A stretch of DNA of 55,242 nt. Origin: a virus. The notes under the pieces were generated by a model. It saw nothing but the letters and a program-made list of their open reading frames with translations. It searched no databases and was not told the origin of the DNA. The DNA lies in the IMG/VR virus record IMGVR_UViG_3300037423_000380, one strand, 5' to 3'. Positions 7,981 through 16,821 of the stretch are shown in pieces (the stretch's first letter is position 1; the number at the start of each line of letters is the position of its first letter). Both the position numbers and the translations under genes were made by a program.

Positions 7981-9458
7981 GCTGCGGCTCCTCCGGTGTC
8001 AGGCTGCTTCGTGTTGCTGTCGTTGAGCTGTGAGGCACGCTGAAGCGCGTCGGCCATCCGGCCGTCGAGGTCGTCCTCTTCGCGCAGGTCGTTCCACTGC
8101 TTGATCTCGTTCTGGGTCACGTCGGGGACGCGGCTCCAGAGACCACGCTTGGGGATCTCCAGGGCATCGGACAGCTTGCCGAGGGCGTCGGCCGACTGAG
8201 CCAGCGAACGGCTCTCCATGTCGCGCCACAGGACCTCGCCGGCCATGTCCTCAAAGACCCCGGTGTCGCCGGCCATTGCGCCAGCGATGCGGAAGACGCG
8301 CTCCCACGACTCGCCGAAAGCGGACCGGAACTCCGCGACCTTGCGCGACAGCGCAGTCTCGGCAGCCGTCAGGGCCTCAGCAGAGAGGTTGGCGATCTGG
8401 CCGAGCAAGTAGTGCGGGGGAGTCTGTGAGACCGCAGCCAGGTGGCGGATGCTCATGTCGATCGAGGAGATGAAGCCGTCGAGTGGCGTCTCGTCCAGCG
8501 TGCCGAAGTTGGTGTCGGAGTCCTCGGCGAACAGGAAGCGCCGAGCGTTGTGGTCGATGGGCGACGGCACCGGGTTGCCGTTGTTGTCGATCCGGGGCAC
8601 GACATCGACGGCCAGCGTCGGGTCGGTGGTCTCGACGCCATCAGCGTCCAGCATCCGCATCTGCATGGGCGGTGCCATGCCAGTCACCCAGCGGACCTTG
8701 AACGAAGCGAAGGTCTGCGTGACCAGCAGGTCGAAGACCGTCTGGTTGATGCGGTTCTGGAGCGGGATCATCGGCTCGACCACGCCGACCGTGCGGCCCT
8801 CCAGGTCCACCGCGCAGGCGAACCGGGTGACCGGGCACTCGGGAGCACCGTGGGACTTCTTGCCGACGATGCGCACCTTCTGCTCGTCGGACAGGGCGTC
8901 GAACAGCACCTTGAACTCGTGCTGCTCGGTCCACAGGCGAGCCTCGCCAGGCGTGGTCTTGTTGTTCTCGGCCACCGGGTACTTGGTGATCGTCAGGGCG
9001 GCGCGAGGGGCGTTGTCGTTTGCTGCGTCCTCATACAGCGCAGCGGTACGCAACGGGCTCAGGCCCTTGGTGATGACCTTGCCGTTTCGCTTCTCCGTGA
9101 CGGTGAAGGAGTGGCCGTAGCCGAGAGCGGCCCGGTGGATCGCGAGCTGGCGTGCGTCGAGCGAGCTGTTCTGCCAGTGCTTCCACTCGGGGGTGGATCG
9201 GTCGTCGGTCTTGGTGGTCGAGCGCGAGGGGCGGAAGCCGTCCACGTAGAGCGCCTGTGCCGGCGTGCCGATGATGAGGGGCATCCAGTTGGAGACCGCC
9301 CGCTTGGCGAGGAGCCGGTACTCGCCATCGGCGTTGTCCGGCATGTACGGCTCGTCCTGGATGCCGTTGATGTAGCTGTCGATGCGCTCCAGTCGTTCCT
9401 CGTCGTCAGCGATGATCGACAGAAGGTCGGACGCGAGAGCCTGTGGCCTAACTGCCAC
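7977..9458 (-). CDS. Portal protein
   Basis: 493 aa directly downstream of the large terminase; GTG start with SD GAGGGG. Confidence 0.8.
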   Translation of the reverse strand: MAVRPQALASDLLSIIADDEERLERIDSYINGIQDEPYMPDNADGEYRLLAKRAVSNWMPLIIGTPAQALYVDGFRPSRSTTKTDDRSTPEWKHWQNSSLDARQLAIHRAALGYGHSFTVTEKRNGKVITKGLSPLRTAALYEDAANDNAPRAALTITKYPVAENNKTTPGEARLWTEQHEFKVLFDALSDEQKVRIVGKKSHGAPECPVTRFACAVDLEGRTVGVVEPMIPLQNRINQTVFDLLVTQTFASFKVRWVTGMAPPMQMRMLDADGVETTDPTLAVDVVPRIDNNGNPVPSPIDHNARRFLFAEDSDTNFGTLDETPLDGFISSIDMSIRHLAAVSQTPPHYLLGQIANLSAEALTAAETALSRKVAEFRSAFGESWERVFRIAGAMAGDTGVFEDMAGEVLWRDMESRSLAQSADALGKLSDALEIPKRGLWSRVPDVTQNEIKQWNDLREEDDLDGRMADALQRASQLNDSNTKQPDTGGAAA

Positions 9459-9472
9459 TTTGACACCCCTCT

Positions 9473-11167
9473 CTAGAGGAAGTACCCGCGGCCAGTTCGC
9501 TGCTTGACAGGCTTGGCGCGGGTGCGTAGGTCGTGAAGGGCCTCGTGGGCGAGCATGAGAGCGGCGTAGATGTCGACCTTGCGGGGACTCTCGCGACTCT
9601 CCTTGCCGAAGGAGACGCCGTAGTTGTTGGTGCGGCGGCGTGCGTTGAGCACGTGCCGGCGCATGTCGGGGTCACCGTCGTGAAAGAGCTTGCTGTCGAA
9701 GACGGCTTGCATGAGGCGCTCGTGAGCGCGGGTAACCCGCTGCTCGGACTGGCGCATGTCCCACGCGACCGCGTGCCGCTCGCTGGCCTTGACGGTCAAC
9801 TGCTCGCGGTAGGTCTCAGCCCAATCGTCAATGTAGGACTCCCAGAGCGCCACGTCGGCGTAGAAGCCCTTGACGCTGTAGACGCGGAACGCCTCGTGGA
9901 CTGCGCTGTCGACCTTCTCGCGGTTGACCTCCCAGCGGGGCGCACCCTCGCCTGTGGGCCAGCTCGGGGGCTTCTCCTGGACATGCAGGACGAAGGCCAC
10001 CTTGTCGGACACGCGGATAGCCACAAGGGCTGTGGCGTCGTCCGACTTGCCGCCGTCGAAGCCGAGGACGATCTCGTCACCGGGCTGGAGGACTGCGCCC
10101 TCGACTTCGAGGGGCTTCCACTGCTCGGGGCCGTAGATCGCGTCCTCTTCGGCGACGATCTGGTTGAGGTACATGCGCCTGGAGCGCGATGGGGCGATCT
10201 GGGTGTTGAGGACCGAGAGCGTGATGTTCTCGACGTCAAGCCATACCGCGTCGCCGCGGATGATGGGAATGACGATCGCCAGAGCCTCGGGGCTCAGGGG
10301 CGTCAGCGGGTGCGCCTCGATGCTGTCGTAGAGCATCTTCATGTCGAAGGCGCGACCGTCCTGGACGGCCTGCCATGCGTCGCGCTCCCGCTCTGCCACG
10401 GAGTCTTCACCGGGCAGGTAAGCGTTGGTGATCGACAGCCAGCGGCTCGACATCTTGGTCGAGTTACCGTCGATCGTCTCGGCCATCTTGTGACCGTCGT
10501 TGCCGGTGACCCAATGGTGGGTCTCGTTCTTGAGGGTGAACGTCGTCCGCTTTCCCTCGATGGCGCGGTACGACGACGTGACGGCCTCAAGGCGCTGCCG
10601 GCCGCTGTTGGCGCGGATGAGCTCGGCGCCTGGCTTGATCTTGAAGTGGGAGATGAACTCGTCCGACATCAGGATCGGGAACATGCTCATCGTGTTCGTC
10701 GTCTGCGTCTGCGAGACGGCGGTGATCTGGACCCATGCCTGCGGGTGGGACGTGCCGATGGGCTGGCCGGCGAGCGGGTGTCCTGCGGGGTGGCTCTCGT
10801 AGCCGAACGGGTTGATCTTCACGCGGCTCGGGCCGACGAACTCGACCAGCGAGATCACGGCGAGCAGCGGGTCCTTGCCCCAGCCCTTCATGCGCTGGAG
10901 GACGCCCGTGCGGTAGACGAAGCGTCCACGCTCGTCAATGGCGTACCACCACAGCACGAAGCGGAGCTGCTCGGGGGTGAACTTCCAGGGCTGGCCGTCC
11001 ATACCGCGCAGCCAGGTGGTACACCACATGGCGATCTCCCAGCCGAGCGTGCGCTCAGGGAGGTACCACGAGCCGTCAGGGCTCTTGGCCCACGTGGGGC
11101 CGATGTAGATGTGCTCTAGGGCAGCGATCTCTTCGGGTGTGAGGCCCTTGGTCTTGGGGGTGGACAC
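9473..11167 (-). CDS. Terminase large subunit
   Basis: Start re-set to GTG 11167 (V59 of the track ORF; SD GGGAGGGGG). 564 aa with the expected layout of an N-terminal ATPase region and a C-terminal nuclease region, upstream of the portal. Confidence 0.85.
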   Translation of the reverse strand: MSTPKTKGLTPEEIAALEHIYIGPTWAKSPDGSWYLPERTLGWEIAMWCTTWLRGMDGQPWKFTPEQLRFVLWWYAIDERGRFVYRTGVLQRMKGWGKDPLLAVISLVEFVGPSRVKINPFGYESHPAGHPLAGQPIGTSHPQAWVQITAVSQTQTTNTMSMFPILMSDEFISHFKIKPGAELIRANSGRQRLEAVTSSYRAIEGKRTTFTLKNETHHWVTGNDGHKMAETIDGNSTKMSSRWLSITNAYLPGEDSVAERERDAWQAVQDGRAFDMKMLYDSIEAHPLTPLSPEALAIVIPIIRGDAVWLDVENITLSVLNTQIAPSRSRRMYLNQIVAEEDAIYGPEQWKPLEVEGAVLQPGDEIVLGFDGGKSDDATALVAIRVSDKVAFVLHVQEKPPSWPTGEGAPRWEVNREKVDSAVHEAFRVYSVKGFYADVALWESYIDDWAETYREQLTVKASERHAVAWDMRQSEQRVTRAHERLMQAVFDSKLFHDGDPDMRRHVLNARRRTNNYGVSFGKESRESPRKVDIYAALMLAHEALHDLRTRAKPVKQRTGRGYFL

Positions 11168-11186
11168 AGCGCCACCCCCTCCCGGC

Positions 11187-11468
11187 TCAGATGTGTAGGC
11201 GGTCCAGTAGTGCGATGAACGCCGCGACTCCGGTGAGGGTCGAGACGATCGTGTAGGCGAGCCCCTTGGGGGTGATGAAGTTCGACCGCTCAAGCACGTC
11301 GAGGCGCGAGTCGTGGTCGCCAACGGCGGCGTGGAGGCCATCGACCTTCTCGTGGATGGACGAGATGGTCGCGCCCTGCTGGATCAGTGCCACGTCGATC
11401 TTGGCTTCGAGTCGTACGGCCCAGCTCGGGGCATCGTCCGCGAGAACAGACTCGGGCGTGGTTGTCAC
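11187..11468 (-). CDS. Small membrane-anchored protein between the terminase subunits
   Basis: 93 aa; GTGA overlap with the small terminase stop. Coiled-coil-like N part and a hydrophobic C-terminal helix (LAYTIVSTLTGVAAFIALL). Confidence 0.6.
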   Translation of the reverse strand: MTTTPESVLADDAPSWAVRLEAKIDVALIQQGATISSIHEKVDGLHAAVGDHDSRLDVLERSNFITPKGLAYTIVSTLTGVAAFIALLDRLHI

Positions 11469-11896
11469 TCAGCCACCCCCAGGGCGCTCTTGTAGTCCGC
11501 GAGCTGGAGGACGGCAGCGTCATTCTGCTCGGACTCAGGCTCGGAGAGGATCACGCGGGCCTTGCGGCGGGCGCCCTCGGTCACGAGCAGGTCGGTCATG
11601 GCGGCGTAGATGGTCTGGAGCATCTGACCGCTCCGCTTGCCCATCTTCTTGTAGTAGTCGAGGTCGTCGCAGAGCGAGAACCAGAGCATCCAGTCGGACT
11701 TCTGGTAGAAGTCGCTTTGGCCTGACTCGGCGGCGCTCAGGTAGAGCTCCTGCACCATGTCGGACCAATGCTCCGCTGGAGCCCATACGTCGTTGACGGG
11801 ACGGAGGGTGCCCTGCGCGAGCGGCACTCGGTCTCCGCGATTCTGGTCGCGTTCGCGGCTCAGGTCCTCGGGACGGTTCGGTACGGGTCCGGGCAT
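11465..11896 (-). CDS. Terminase small subunit
   Basis: Start at M40 of the track ORF (MPGPVPNRPEDLSRERDQ...), SD AAAGGAGGG. 143 aa upstream of the large terminase; the sequence pattern resembles actinophage small terminases. Confidence 0.65.
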   Translation of the reverse strand: MPGPVPNRPEDLSRERDQNRGDRVPLAQGTLRPVNDVWAPAEHWSDMVQELYLSAAESGQSDFYQKSDWMLWFSLCDDLDYYKKMGKRSGQMLQTIYAAMTDLLVTEGARRKARVILSEPESEQNDAAVLQLADYKSALGVAE

Positions 11897-12057
11897 GGCA
11901 CCCTCCTTTCTCTTGAAGACAAACACCCCTCGGGGAGCAACGGAGAGGGAGGCGTCGCTCAACCCGAGGGGTGGTGCCGCGGGGGAGCCGGGGGATGTCC
12001 CCGCGCTCGTCACCCCTGCGGCGGTTTACTGGACCTACGCCCTCGCCTGACCGAACA

Positions 12058-14799
12058 TCACGGGAGCAACTCCCCGTAGATCCGTTGAGCGAGGTTGGAC
12101 AGACTGCCCGCGGTGATGCTGGAGGGCAGGTCGGTCTGGCCGGTGAGTTGGGCGCTCAGTCGGGGCGCCTTGGCACTCATCGCCAGATGGGGGGTGTTGC
12201 CCGCCAACTGCGGAGCAGTGGCGGCGGTGACGCACAGCACGCCCAGCGCGTAGCGAGTGCCGGCCGTGACGCCGTAGGACGACGACAGTGCCTTCTGGTA
12301 CTCGGTGTTGACCGCCGCCCACAATGACGTGTCGTTGGGTGTCGAGGCCACCAGTGTCAGGTTGCCTGTGGCGCCGTCCACCGTGTAGAGACCCATCCGG
12401 CACAGCGTCGGCGTTGCGCCAGCCGCCACCGCCCCGCAGTACGTGGACAGCTTGGTGATGGTCTCGGTCTTCCGGGCAGTGAAGTAGGTCAGCTTCAAGA
12501 TGCCGGAGGTCTGCGCGAGCGCATTGGAGGACTGCGCCTCGCGGTCGAAGGTCTCCTGCCCGGTGGTGAGCTGGTCACTGGCCGCGCCGGTCGTGGCGAG
12601 CAGTGTCAGAAGGTTGCCCGCGTCGTCGTACGACTTCCGCAGCCCCGCACCCGCGACGAGCAGGCCGTCAACCCGGTCATCAATGTTCTCGTTCGGCACC
12701 GCCACCGTGAGCGCATTGGCCGTGTCGTCGTACGTCAGGGTGACGTTCGCGCCCTGCGTGAGCAGGGCTGCAACGCGGTCGTCAATGTTCTCGTTCGGAA
12801 CAGCGATCGTGAGGGTGTTTGCCGTGTCGTCGTAGGTCAGGGACGTGTTCGCGCCCTGCTGGAGCAGCGCCGCCACTCGGTCGTCAATGGTCTCGTTGGC
12901 GACGACGAAGTTGGCTCGGCCGTACCACTCGGTCCCGAACTTGCGAAGGACCACGTGGATGACGCCGTTATCGACCGGCTGGGGGGCCGAGCCGCCATCG
13001 AAGTGGATGTGACTGTCCCACGTCAGCGTGTTGCCGGTGTGCCCGGTGGAGGCGATCAGGAACTCGAAGATCGAGCCAGAGATGCCATCGTTGAGCGTGA
13101 TCGTGGCCGACAGGTTGTTGGCGAGGAAGATGACCGCCCGCATCGGGGCTCCGGTGCCAGAGGCGGACACGGTGACCGCTTGGCCGTCCGTCGTGACGTT
13201 CGTGGTGAGCGTCCGAAGTGCGACCGCGTTCTCGAAGCGCCACTGGTTGCCGATCGCCATGAGATCGTTGGCGTCGTCGTAGTACAGCGTGCCTTGGGTG
13301 TCAGTGTCCGCGCCGTTGCGCCACCGGAGGATGCCTTCCTTCTCGACCCGGAACCTGTTCTGACTGTCGATGTCGCGCTGGACCTGGATCGGCGGACCAA
13401 GGGTGGCCTCGCTGTCCGGCATCACGTACTTCGTGGGCGTTGCCGTCTGCCGGTATACGTTCGCCAGCGAGCCGCCGAGCGCGGTGGACCAGACCGGGAT
13501 CTGGTTCACGCGGTAGGTCGTGCCCTCGATCGAGACCTGGCTGCCGGTCGTCGCACCCTTGAGCGCGACGCAGGCGTCAGCGTTGGAGAAGTGCTGGTGT
13601 CCGGTGAAGCGGACGATGTTGCCGGCGCCGCCGGTGGAGTCGACCACGACACAGCCGTCCGGCTTGTCGGTCTGAGACCCACCGTTGAAGATGCAGGAGT
13701 CGATCAGGACGGTCGTGGCCCAGCTCGGGACGTACGACTGGTCGATGTAGAGGGGCGCACCCAGCGGAGGCGGTGTGCCGCCCTGGCTGTTCGTGAAAGT
13801 GACCGAGCGGAACTGGATGTTGGTGCCGCACTTGAGCCACGCGAGGTCGTTGCCGGCCCCGTAGTTCTCCATCAGGGTCTTCTCGAAGATGATGTCGTGC
13901 GGCGGGAAGTTGAAGTCGCCATCGGTCCCGTCGATGCGCAGCAGGTAGCGGGAGGTCGCGACGTAGGTGTTGCTGAACTTCACCTGGCCCGCGCCCTGCC
14001 GGCTGTCGCTCGCCCGGAAGTCGATCGCTGCCCCGGCGCTCAGGCCGATGTAGCAGTAGTCGATGTTCGAGTTCTGTGACGCGCCCACCTGGAGCGCGTT
14101 GCCAGCGGACTTCATGATGTCGCAGCCGACGATCGCGCCGTCAACGCACTCCATGAGAACGAGCTCGGTCGAGCCGCCCACGTTGAGGCCGTTGATGATG
14201 GTGTTGGTCAGTGGGCCGGGGTTGTCGTTCTCGGACCCGTCGCCCCACTGTCCGTAGCGGTAGCGGGCGGTCGAGTCCAGCGCCACGAGGCCGTGCTCAG
14301 CATCGGGCACGGTGAGGCCGGCGACTGTCGCCTTCTTGCGCCCAACGCCCATGACGGTGACGCCGCCGCGGTGGAAGATGTCGCCTCGCCAGCCGTACCG
14401 CTTCGCGAGCAGCACGATGCCGCCGCCTGCGGCGAAGGCTGCGTCGATCGCTGCCTGTACGGCCGCGGTGTCGTCCGCGATGCCATCGCCTTCTGCGCCG
14501 TAGTCCTCGGGGAGAAAGAATGCGCCACCGGGGATCGCGTTCCCCGAGCCCTTGCCGCCCAGGATGATGACCCTGCGGCCGATGAGCTGGACCCACACAC
14601 GACTTCCCAGCACGAGGCCGTGGACGAGGTTGGTGGGGGTGATCCCCAGCGGGTCGGGCTCGCCGTCCAGGCGAATGCGAAGCGGGTCTGCCGACGTGAC
14701 CGTGGCCCAGCGGAACTCGCTGTCCGGTCGGTGGGTACGCAGGGATGCCGGGGAGACGAGAAGGTTGAGGTTCTTCATCTTGTTGCGACGACGGCTCAC
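12058..14799 (-). CDS. Tailspike / tail fibre with a pectate-lyase-like beta-helix domain
   Basis: EDYGAEGDGIADDTAAVQAAIDAAFAAGGGIVLL is the Pectate_lyase_3-type signature, followed by a long beta-helix-like region, three 34-aa tandem repeats and a C-terminal domain. The GTG 14799 start is favoured by SD spacing; ATG 14778 is the alternative. Confidence 0.75.
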   Translation of the reverse strand: MSRRRNKMKNLNLLVSPASLRTHRPDSEFRWATVTSADPLRIRLDGEPDPLGITPTNLVHGLVLGSRVWVQLIGRRVIILGGKGSGNAIPGGAFFLPEDYGAEGDGIADDTAAVQAAIDAAFAAGGGIVLLAKRYGWRGDIFHRGGVTVMGVGRKKATVAGLTVPDAEHGLVALDSTARYRYGQWGDGSENDNPGPLTNTIINGLNVGGSTELVLMECVDGAIVGCDIMKSAGNALQVGASQNSNIDYCYIGLSAGAAIDFRASDSRQGAGQVKFSNTYVATSRYLLRIDGTDGDFNFPPHDIIFEKTLMENYGAGNDLAWLKCGTNIQFRSVTFTNSQGGTPPPLGAPLYIDQSYVPSWATTVLIDSCIFNGGSQTDKPDGCVVVDSTGGAGNIVRFTGHQHFSNADACVALKGATTGSQVSIEGTTYRVNQIPVWSTALGGSLANVYRQTATPTKYVMPDSEATLGPPIQVQRDIDSQNRFRVEKEGILRWRNGADTDTQGTLYYDDANDLMAIGNQWRFENAVALRTLTTNVTTDGQAVTVSASGTGAPMRAVIFLANNLSATITLNDGISGSIFEFLIASTGHTGNTLTWDSHIHFDGGSAPQPVDNGVIHVVLRKFGTEWYGRANFVVANETIDDRVAALLQQGANTSLTYDDTANTLTIAVPNENIDDRVAALLTQGANVTLTYDDTANALTVAVPNENIDDRVDGLLVAGAGLRKSYDDAGNLLTLLATTGAASDQLTTGQETFDREAQSSNALAQTSGILKLTYFTARKTETITKLSTYCGAVAAGATPTLCRMGLYTVDGATGNLTLVASTPNDTSLWAAVNTEYQKALSSSYGVTAGTRYALGVLCVTAATAPQLAGNTPHLAMSAKAPRLSAQLTGQTDLPSSITAGSLSNLAQRIYGELLP
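12592..12897 (-). repeat. Three tandem 102-bp (34-aa) repeats inside the tailspike gene
   Basis: NETIDDRVAALLQQGANTSLTYDDTANTLTIAVP / NENIDDRVAALLTQGANVTLTYDDTANALTVAVP / NENIDDRVDGLLVAGAGLRKSYDDAGNLLTLLAT (residues 640-741 of the track ORF). Confidence 0.85.
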
Positions 14800-14810
14800 A
14801 CCTTCTCCTC

Positions 14811-15128
14811 TCACTTAGACATCAGGCCGGGATGCTCCTCGACGCGCTGGAACTTCTTGGCGATCTGCCGGCGCTTCGCTGCGGCGGCGTGGGCGCCCTC
14901 CTGCGAGCTCTTGAACCTGTGGTGTCGGCCACACAGGGAGCGCAGGTTGGTTAGCGAGTGGTCATCGCCGGGGACGATGTGGTCGACGTCGGTCGCTCGA
15001 TCGAGGCAGAGCGTCTCGTCCTCGAACTTCCACTGGCACATCGTCTGGTCGCGCCGAAGGACTCGGAGTCGGATCTTCGGCCAGTCAGGGGGGAGGCGGT
15101 CGCGCCTTGTGCTGGTAGACCAGGCCAC
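14811..15128 (-). CDS. HNH endonuclease (terminase-associated type)
   Basis: VDHIVPGDDHSLTNLRSLCGRHHRFK is a classical H-N-H motif. GTG start with GGAGG SD. It is the first gene of the late operon. Confidence 0.85.
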   Translation of the reverse strand: MAWSTSTRRDRLPPDWPKIRLRVLRRDQTMCQWKFEDETLCLDRATDVDHIVPGDDHSLTNLRSLCGRHHRFKSSQEGAHAAAAKRRQIAKKFQRVEEHPGLMSK

Positions 15129-15257
15129 TGAGCGGCGCCTCCCCCGAGAACGATGATCCCTCGGCCACGTGTCGCCGGGGGCAGCCGGCTGTGGGGGAGC
15201 GGAGCTCGCCCGTGGACCCGAGGGCAGGTTGTAGGTAGTACGTATTACAGTCAGACA

Positions 15258-15272
15258 GGTAGCCTGGCTACC
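15258..15272. repeat. Perfect palindrome GGTAGCC-T-GGCTACC
   Basis: Read from the sequence. It is embedded in repeated AGGTAG / CAGACAGGT words (15252-15260 and 15330-15338). Confidence 0.8.
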
Positions 15273-15307
15273 TCGTCATCTCTTCCCTCTCTCACTTCCC
15301 TACTCCA

Positions 15308-15326
15308 CTACCTCCTTCGGAGGTAG
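15308..15326. repeat. Hairpin CTACCTCC-ttc-GGAGGTAG
   Basis: 8-bp perfect inverted repeat in the lower-GC core of the control region. Confidence 0.8.
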
Positions 15327-15726
15327 TTGCAGACAGGTGAGGGGCTAACTGGTTAACGTGCTTACACTTATACAATCGGTATCAGCGGGTCGAGATACAG
15401 CACCCGATCTGAAACTTTCTGGAACTTCTTCACAGGCCAGCTCGATCGCTCCCAACGGGTACCCGGCCAGCCCTCTGAGACGGCCCCGGAGGGGCCTCTG
15501 ACGGGCGACCTGGCAACCAGGCGACCGGGCTGCCCCCAAGCCCTGCCAGACGCTCACAGCCCCCTCTACGCCGCCGCTGCAAGGCCCCTGGACCGGGCGG
15601 TGGGCGGGCGTACGGGAGCGGTCTGGTCGACCTTGGAACCTGCGCAGGATCTTTGCTGCTATGACCCGGCGGTCCTCCTCGTCCCCGTGAGGGGGTCATA
15701 CCCCCTCCCCCTAGGGTCGGCGCGAG

Positions 15727-15791
15727 GGCACGCGGCTCGCGGCAGGCAGGCACGCGGCTCGCGGCAGGCAGGCACGCGGCACAGCAGGGCA
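15727..15791. repeat. 22-bp tandem repeat GGCACGCGGCTCGCGGCAGGCA, two exact copies plus one diverged copy
   Basis: 15727-15748 and 15749-15770 are identical. The third unit (15771-15791) diverges after 10 nt. Confidence 0.85.
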
Positions 15792-15884
15792 ACGGCCGAC
15801 CCCTGCCCTGCCCTCACACCACGTCACGCACAGCACAGCGAACAGGCAGGGCACTGCCCTCCCCCTGCCGGCCAGGCTTGCTAG

Positions 15885-15903
15885 GTGAGTCACTGTGACT
15901 CAC
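15885..15903. repeat. GTGAGTC-N5-GACTCAC palindrome, copy 1
   Basis: ggtgagtcac-t-gtgactcacc (10-bp arms), 70 bp upstream of promoter P1. Confidence 0.9.
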
Positions 15904-15929
15904 CAGACACCGAGCTAATGCCTGTCTAG

Positions 15930-15948
15930 GTGAGTCACGATGACTCAC
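15930..15948. repeat. GTGAGTC-N5-GACTCAC palindrome, copy 2
   Basis: gtgagtcacgatgactcac, 25 bp upstream of the P1 -35. Like copy 1 it is preceded by CTAG. Confidence 0.9.
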
Positions 15949-15972
15949 TCGAAACTGAATCGAGATTCGGGG

Positions 15973-16001
15973 TTGACATGTCAAAGTGAGAGGCGTAGCG
16001 T
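15973..16001 (+). promoter_or_regulatory. Promoter P1 (TTGACA-17-TAGCGT)
   Basis: -35 at 15973-15978, -10 at 15996-16001. The spacer contains GTCAAAGTGAGAGG. It lies upstream of the first early gene. Confidence 0.65.
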
Positions 16002-16053
16002 TCTCGGTGTCAGGTCGCCACGGGGCGAGACACCACCACCACAGGAGCACACG

Positions 16054-16665
16054 ATGACCACCACCACCACCACCACGATGACCCGCGAGCAGGCCGAGCA
16101 GGTCACGAGCGAGATCCGCGAGCACGGCAAGGCGCTCGTGACCCACCGGACCAAGTTCGCGGCCGCTGTGAAGCGGGCCAAGGATGGGCAGGCGCACGTC
16201 GCGATGGGCCTGCCCTCATGGCCCGAGTACGTCGCGACCGTCTTCGCGAACATGCCCGGACTCGGCAAGGCGGATGCGGAGTACCTGACCGCGTACATGG
16301 CGGGGGAGGGCATGTCCTCCCGTGCTGTGGCTCGCGTGCTCGGTGTGAGCCAGAGCACGGCCGCTCGCATGATCCGGCAGGCGGAGGAGCAGGGCACGGT
16401 GTCGGCCGATCGGAAGGTCGAGGGCACCGATGGCAAGTCTCAGAGCAAGGGCAAGGGCAAGGGTCGCAAGGCAGGCGCGGGCAAGGGCAAGGCCAAGGCC
16501 AAGGATGGAGAGTCGCGTGACGTCAACGTGAAGACGGCCAAGACGGAGGAGCTCCGCTCGCTCGTCGTCTCGATTCTTGAGGAGTTGTCCGACCGGTGGG
16601 CGGAGGGTGACGAGGCTGCGGAGCAGGCCATGCGCGAGATCGCGGAGAGCGCGGTCGTCGCATGA
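16054..16665 (+). CDS. Helix-turn-helix DNA-binding protein with a Lys/Gly-rich basic linker
   Basis: Start at ATG 16054 (SD CAGGAG). HTH-like SSRAVARVLGVSQSTAARMIRQ; KSQSKGKGKGRKAGAGKGKAKAK tract. The N-terminal extension in the track (from 15940) runs through palindrome copy 2 and P1. Confidence 0.7.
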   Translation: MTTTTTTTMTREQAEQVTSEIREHGKALVTHRTKFAAAVKRAKDGQAHVAMGLPSWPEYVATVFANMPGLGKADAEYLTAYMAGEGMSSRAVARVLGVSQSTAARMIRQAEEQGTVSADRKVEGTDGKSQSKGKGKGRKAGAGKGKAKAKDGESRDVNVKTAKTEELRSLVVSILEELSDRWAEGDEAAEQAMREIAESAVVA

Positions 16666-16742
16666 TGGCGCTGCTCGGCGTGCTCCAGGTCATCGCGGTC
16701 CTCGCGGCCATGATCCTCGCCCTCGCCCTCGCGCTCGCGTGA
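16662..16742 (+). CDS. Possible 26-aa hydrophobic peptide (MMALLGVLQVIAVLAAMILALALALA)
   Basis: ATGA overlap with the upstream stop, a single hydrophobic helix, followed by a terminator. It is too short for the ORF track. Confidence 0.35.
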   Translation: MMALLGVLQVIAVLAAMILALALALA

Positions 16743-16751
16743 GGCGCCTCG

Positions 16752-16780
16752 CCCCCGATCCGGCAACGGGTCGGGGGTTT
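16752..16780 (+). terminator. Intrinsic terminator
   Basis: CCCCCGATCCG-gcaa-CGGGTCGGGGG followed by TTT. Confidence 0.7.
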
Positions 16781-16802
16781 CGGCGTGCCCGCGATCCGCC
16801 AG

Positions 16803-16821
16803 GTGAGTCACCCTGACTCAC
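16803..16821. repeat. GTGAGTC-N5-GACTCAC palindrome, copy 3
   Basis: ggtgagtcaccctgactcacc, downstream of the 16752-16780 terminator. Confidence 0.9.

Larger units (their letters stand above)
15129..15972. other. 844-bp non-coding control region between the divergent late and early operons
   Basis: There is no credible ORF; track ORFs here are Arg/Pro/Gly-rich. A lower-GC core (about 15230-15430) carries palindromes and direct repeats, and a GC-rich part carries tandem repeats and hairpins. Confidence 0.7.

Noticed and set aside
9473-11341. 622-aa version of the large terminase
   Set aside because: The first 58 codons overlap gene 11187..11468 in another frame and are Ser/Pro/Arg/Thr-rich. 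GTG 11167 has a strong SD and leaves a 19-nt gap after the upstream stop.
15308-15326. UUCG tetraloop hairpin
   Set aside because: On exact pairing the stem is CTACCTCC/GGAGGTAG with a 3-nt ttc loop. The C(UUCG)G register breaks the neighbouring pairs, so no tetraloop claim is made.
15727-15791. 22-bp tandem repeat as a CRISPR array
   Set aside because: The units are directly adjacent with no spacers, there are only about 2.5 copies, and there are no cas genes. It is a simple tandem repeat.
15940-16665. 241-aa version of the first early gene starting at ATG 15940
   Set aside because: That ATG lies inside palindrome copy 2, and the extension reads through promoter P1. ATG 16054 follows an SD and the CACCACCACAG leader.
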